64,000 nt of DNA from Podarcis vaucheri. Taxonomy: Eukaryota. Positions 63,028 through 64,000 of this stretch are shown piece by piece. The position numbers and the translations under genes were made by a program. Where the stretch lies: NCBI GenBank assembly GCA_965113315.1, contig OZ220370.1. The stretch is one strand, 5' to 3'. The notes under the pieces were generated by a model. The model did not search any database and was not told the origin of the DNA. It was given only the letters and a program-made list of their open reading frames with translations. How positions within the stretch are numbered: position 1 is the stretch's first letter; each line of letters starts with the position of its first letter.

Positions 63028-64000
63028 TTCTGTGATGCTTCTCCAATGCTACTGTATTATTGTTGCCCATAGGGGTTATTATAGTGCAACAACAGCAACC
63101 CAAATTTTGAATAAATGTTTTAATTGTTAGTGTCTTGGATTTTATTGTGTTGATTCTTCTTCTTAGTGGGTTGTGAAAAGTGCTATTCTGAACAATTTAT
63201 TTGTAGGGTAGAGGGCACTGTGAATGAGGTTAAGAACCAAGAGGGTGGTGTTCCAAAAAATTTGGGAACCACTGTTCTAGATTAACATCTAGGCTACTTA
63301 AGCTATCGGTACCTTGGGTTGTGTGTGGTCTTTCACTTTCAGGAAACAATCTGATTGGTGTTAAAGTGTGGCAAGTTCTTTTCTCCAACCTTCTATATAA
63401 GACAAACTTGTCAAAACCACATTGAGTTGTTTTTTTTAATTGACATGGTTTTGTACTTAGCACATTATTTTTAGGCTTTCCCCCATCCTTATGAGAGACA
63501 GAGACCTTCACTGTAATCTAGAAGAACTTGGGACAGTTATCCAACAGTTGAAAAAGTTGCTTGTGAGAGAGAACTAGACAGATAGCATCATTTTGATGCA
63601 ATGATAAACTAGAGTTTCACACTCCAGGAATGAGCCTTTGCCAGCTTTGGACTTAAGCACACTCCCATCTCCATTGCAGCCACAAGGAAGAGATCAAAAG
63701 CATTTGCTTCCTGTCATAAACTAACCAAGATTTGTCAGTATGCACTGGGATACACTGGGATTCATTTTAACTTCAAATCGAGGCTTTACAATCCTTGCTT
63801 GTTTGGATTTGGATAGAACACAGTTAAAACTAGCTTCAGTTCTTTGTATGGATATAACAATGCACAACAGTTGAAAATGAAAGCAAATTCTTCTGAACTG
63901 GGTGAGATACAACTCTGAGGCTCATCAAGGTCTGTTTCCATAGCACAGAACTATGGTTTAGGCCTTTCATCCAAATAAGGGCAGGGTCATGTACCTTGCC

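Overview
Vertebrate genomic DNA from a squamate reptile, most likely a lacertid lizard (Sauria SINEs, Bov-B/RTE tails, lacertoid-type c-mos deletion). It carries the conserved amniote block RPS20 (-) / MOS (-) / PLAG1 (-) / CHCHD7 (+). RPS20 is complete (4 coding exons, 119 aa, TATA plus 5'TOP start) and hosts SNORD54 in intron 2. MOS is an intact single-exon kinase (339 aa). PLAG1 spans about 26.5-61.5 kb, with a ~5.1 kb 3'UTR, the last coding exon (ZF3-7 and transactivation domain), a first coding exon almost wholly hidden by a 292-N gap, and two non-coding 5' exons. It shares a CpG-island bidirectional promoter with the probable first exon of CHCHD7. The rest is transposon debris (Sauria SINE, Bov-B, L2, CR1, Tc1/mariner-type MITEs, palindromic repeats). 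Most interesting: (1) three uORFs, one per PLAG1 leader exon, apparently conserved with human, including a 43-aa basic peptide in strong Kozak context; (2) a young Penelope-type inverted-repeat insertion with a minimal hammerhead ribozyme next to the RPS20 promoter; (3) a long hairpin in the RPS20 5'UTR. All comparisons with human are from memory and need alignment to confirm.
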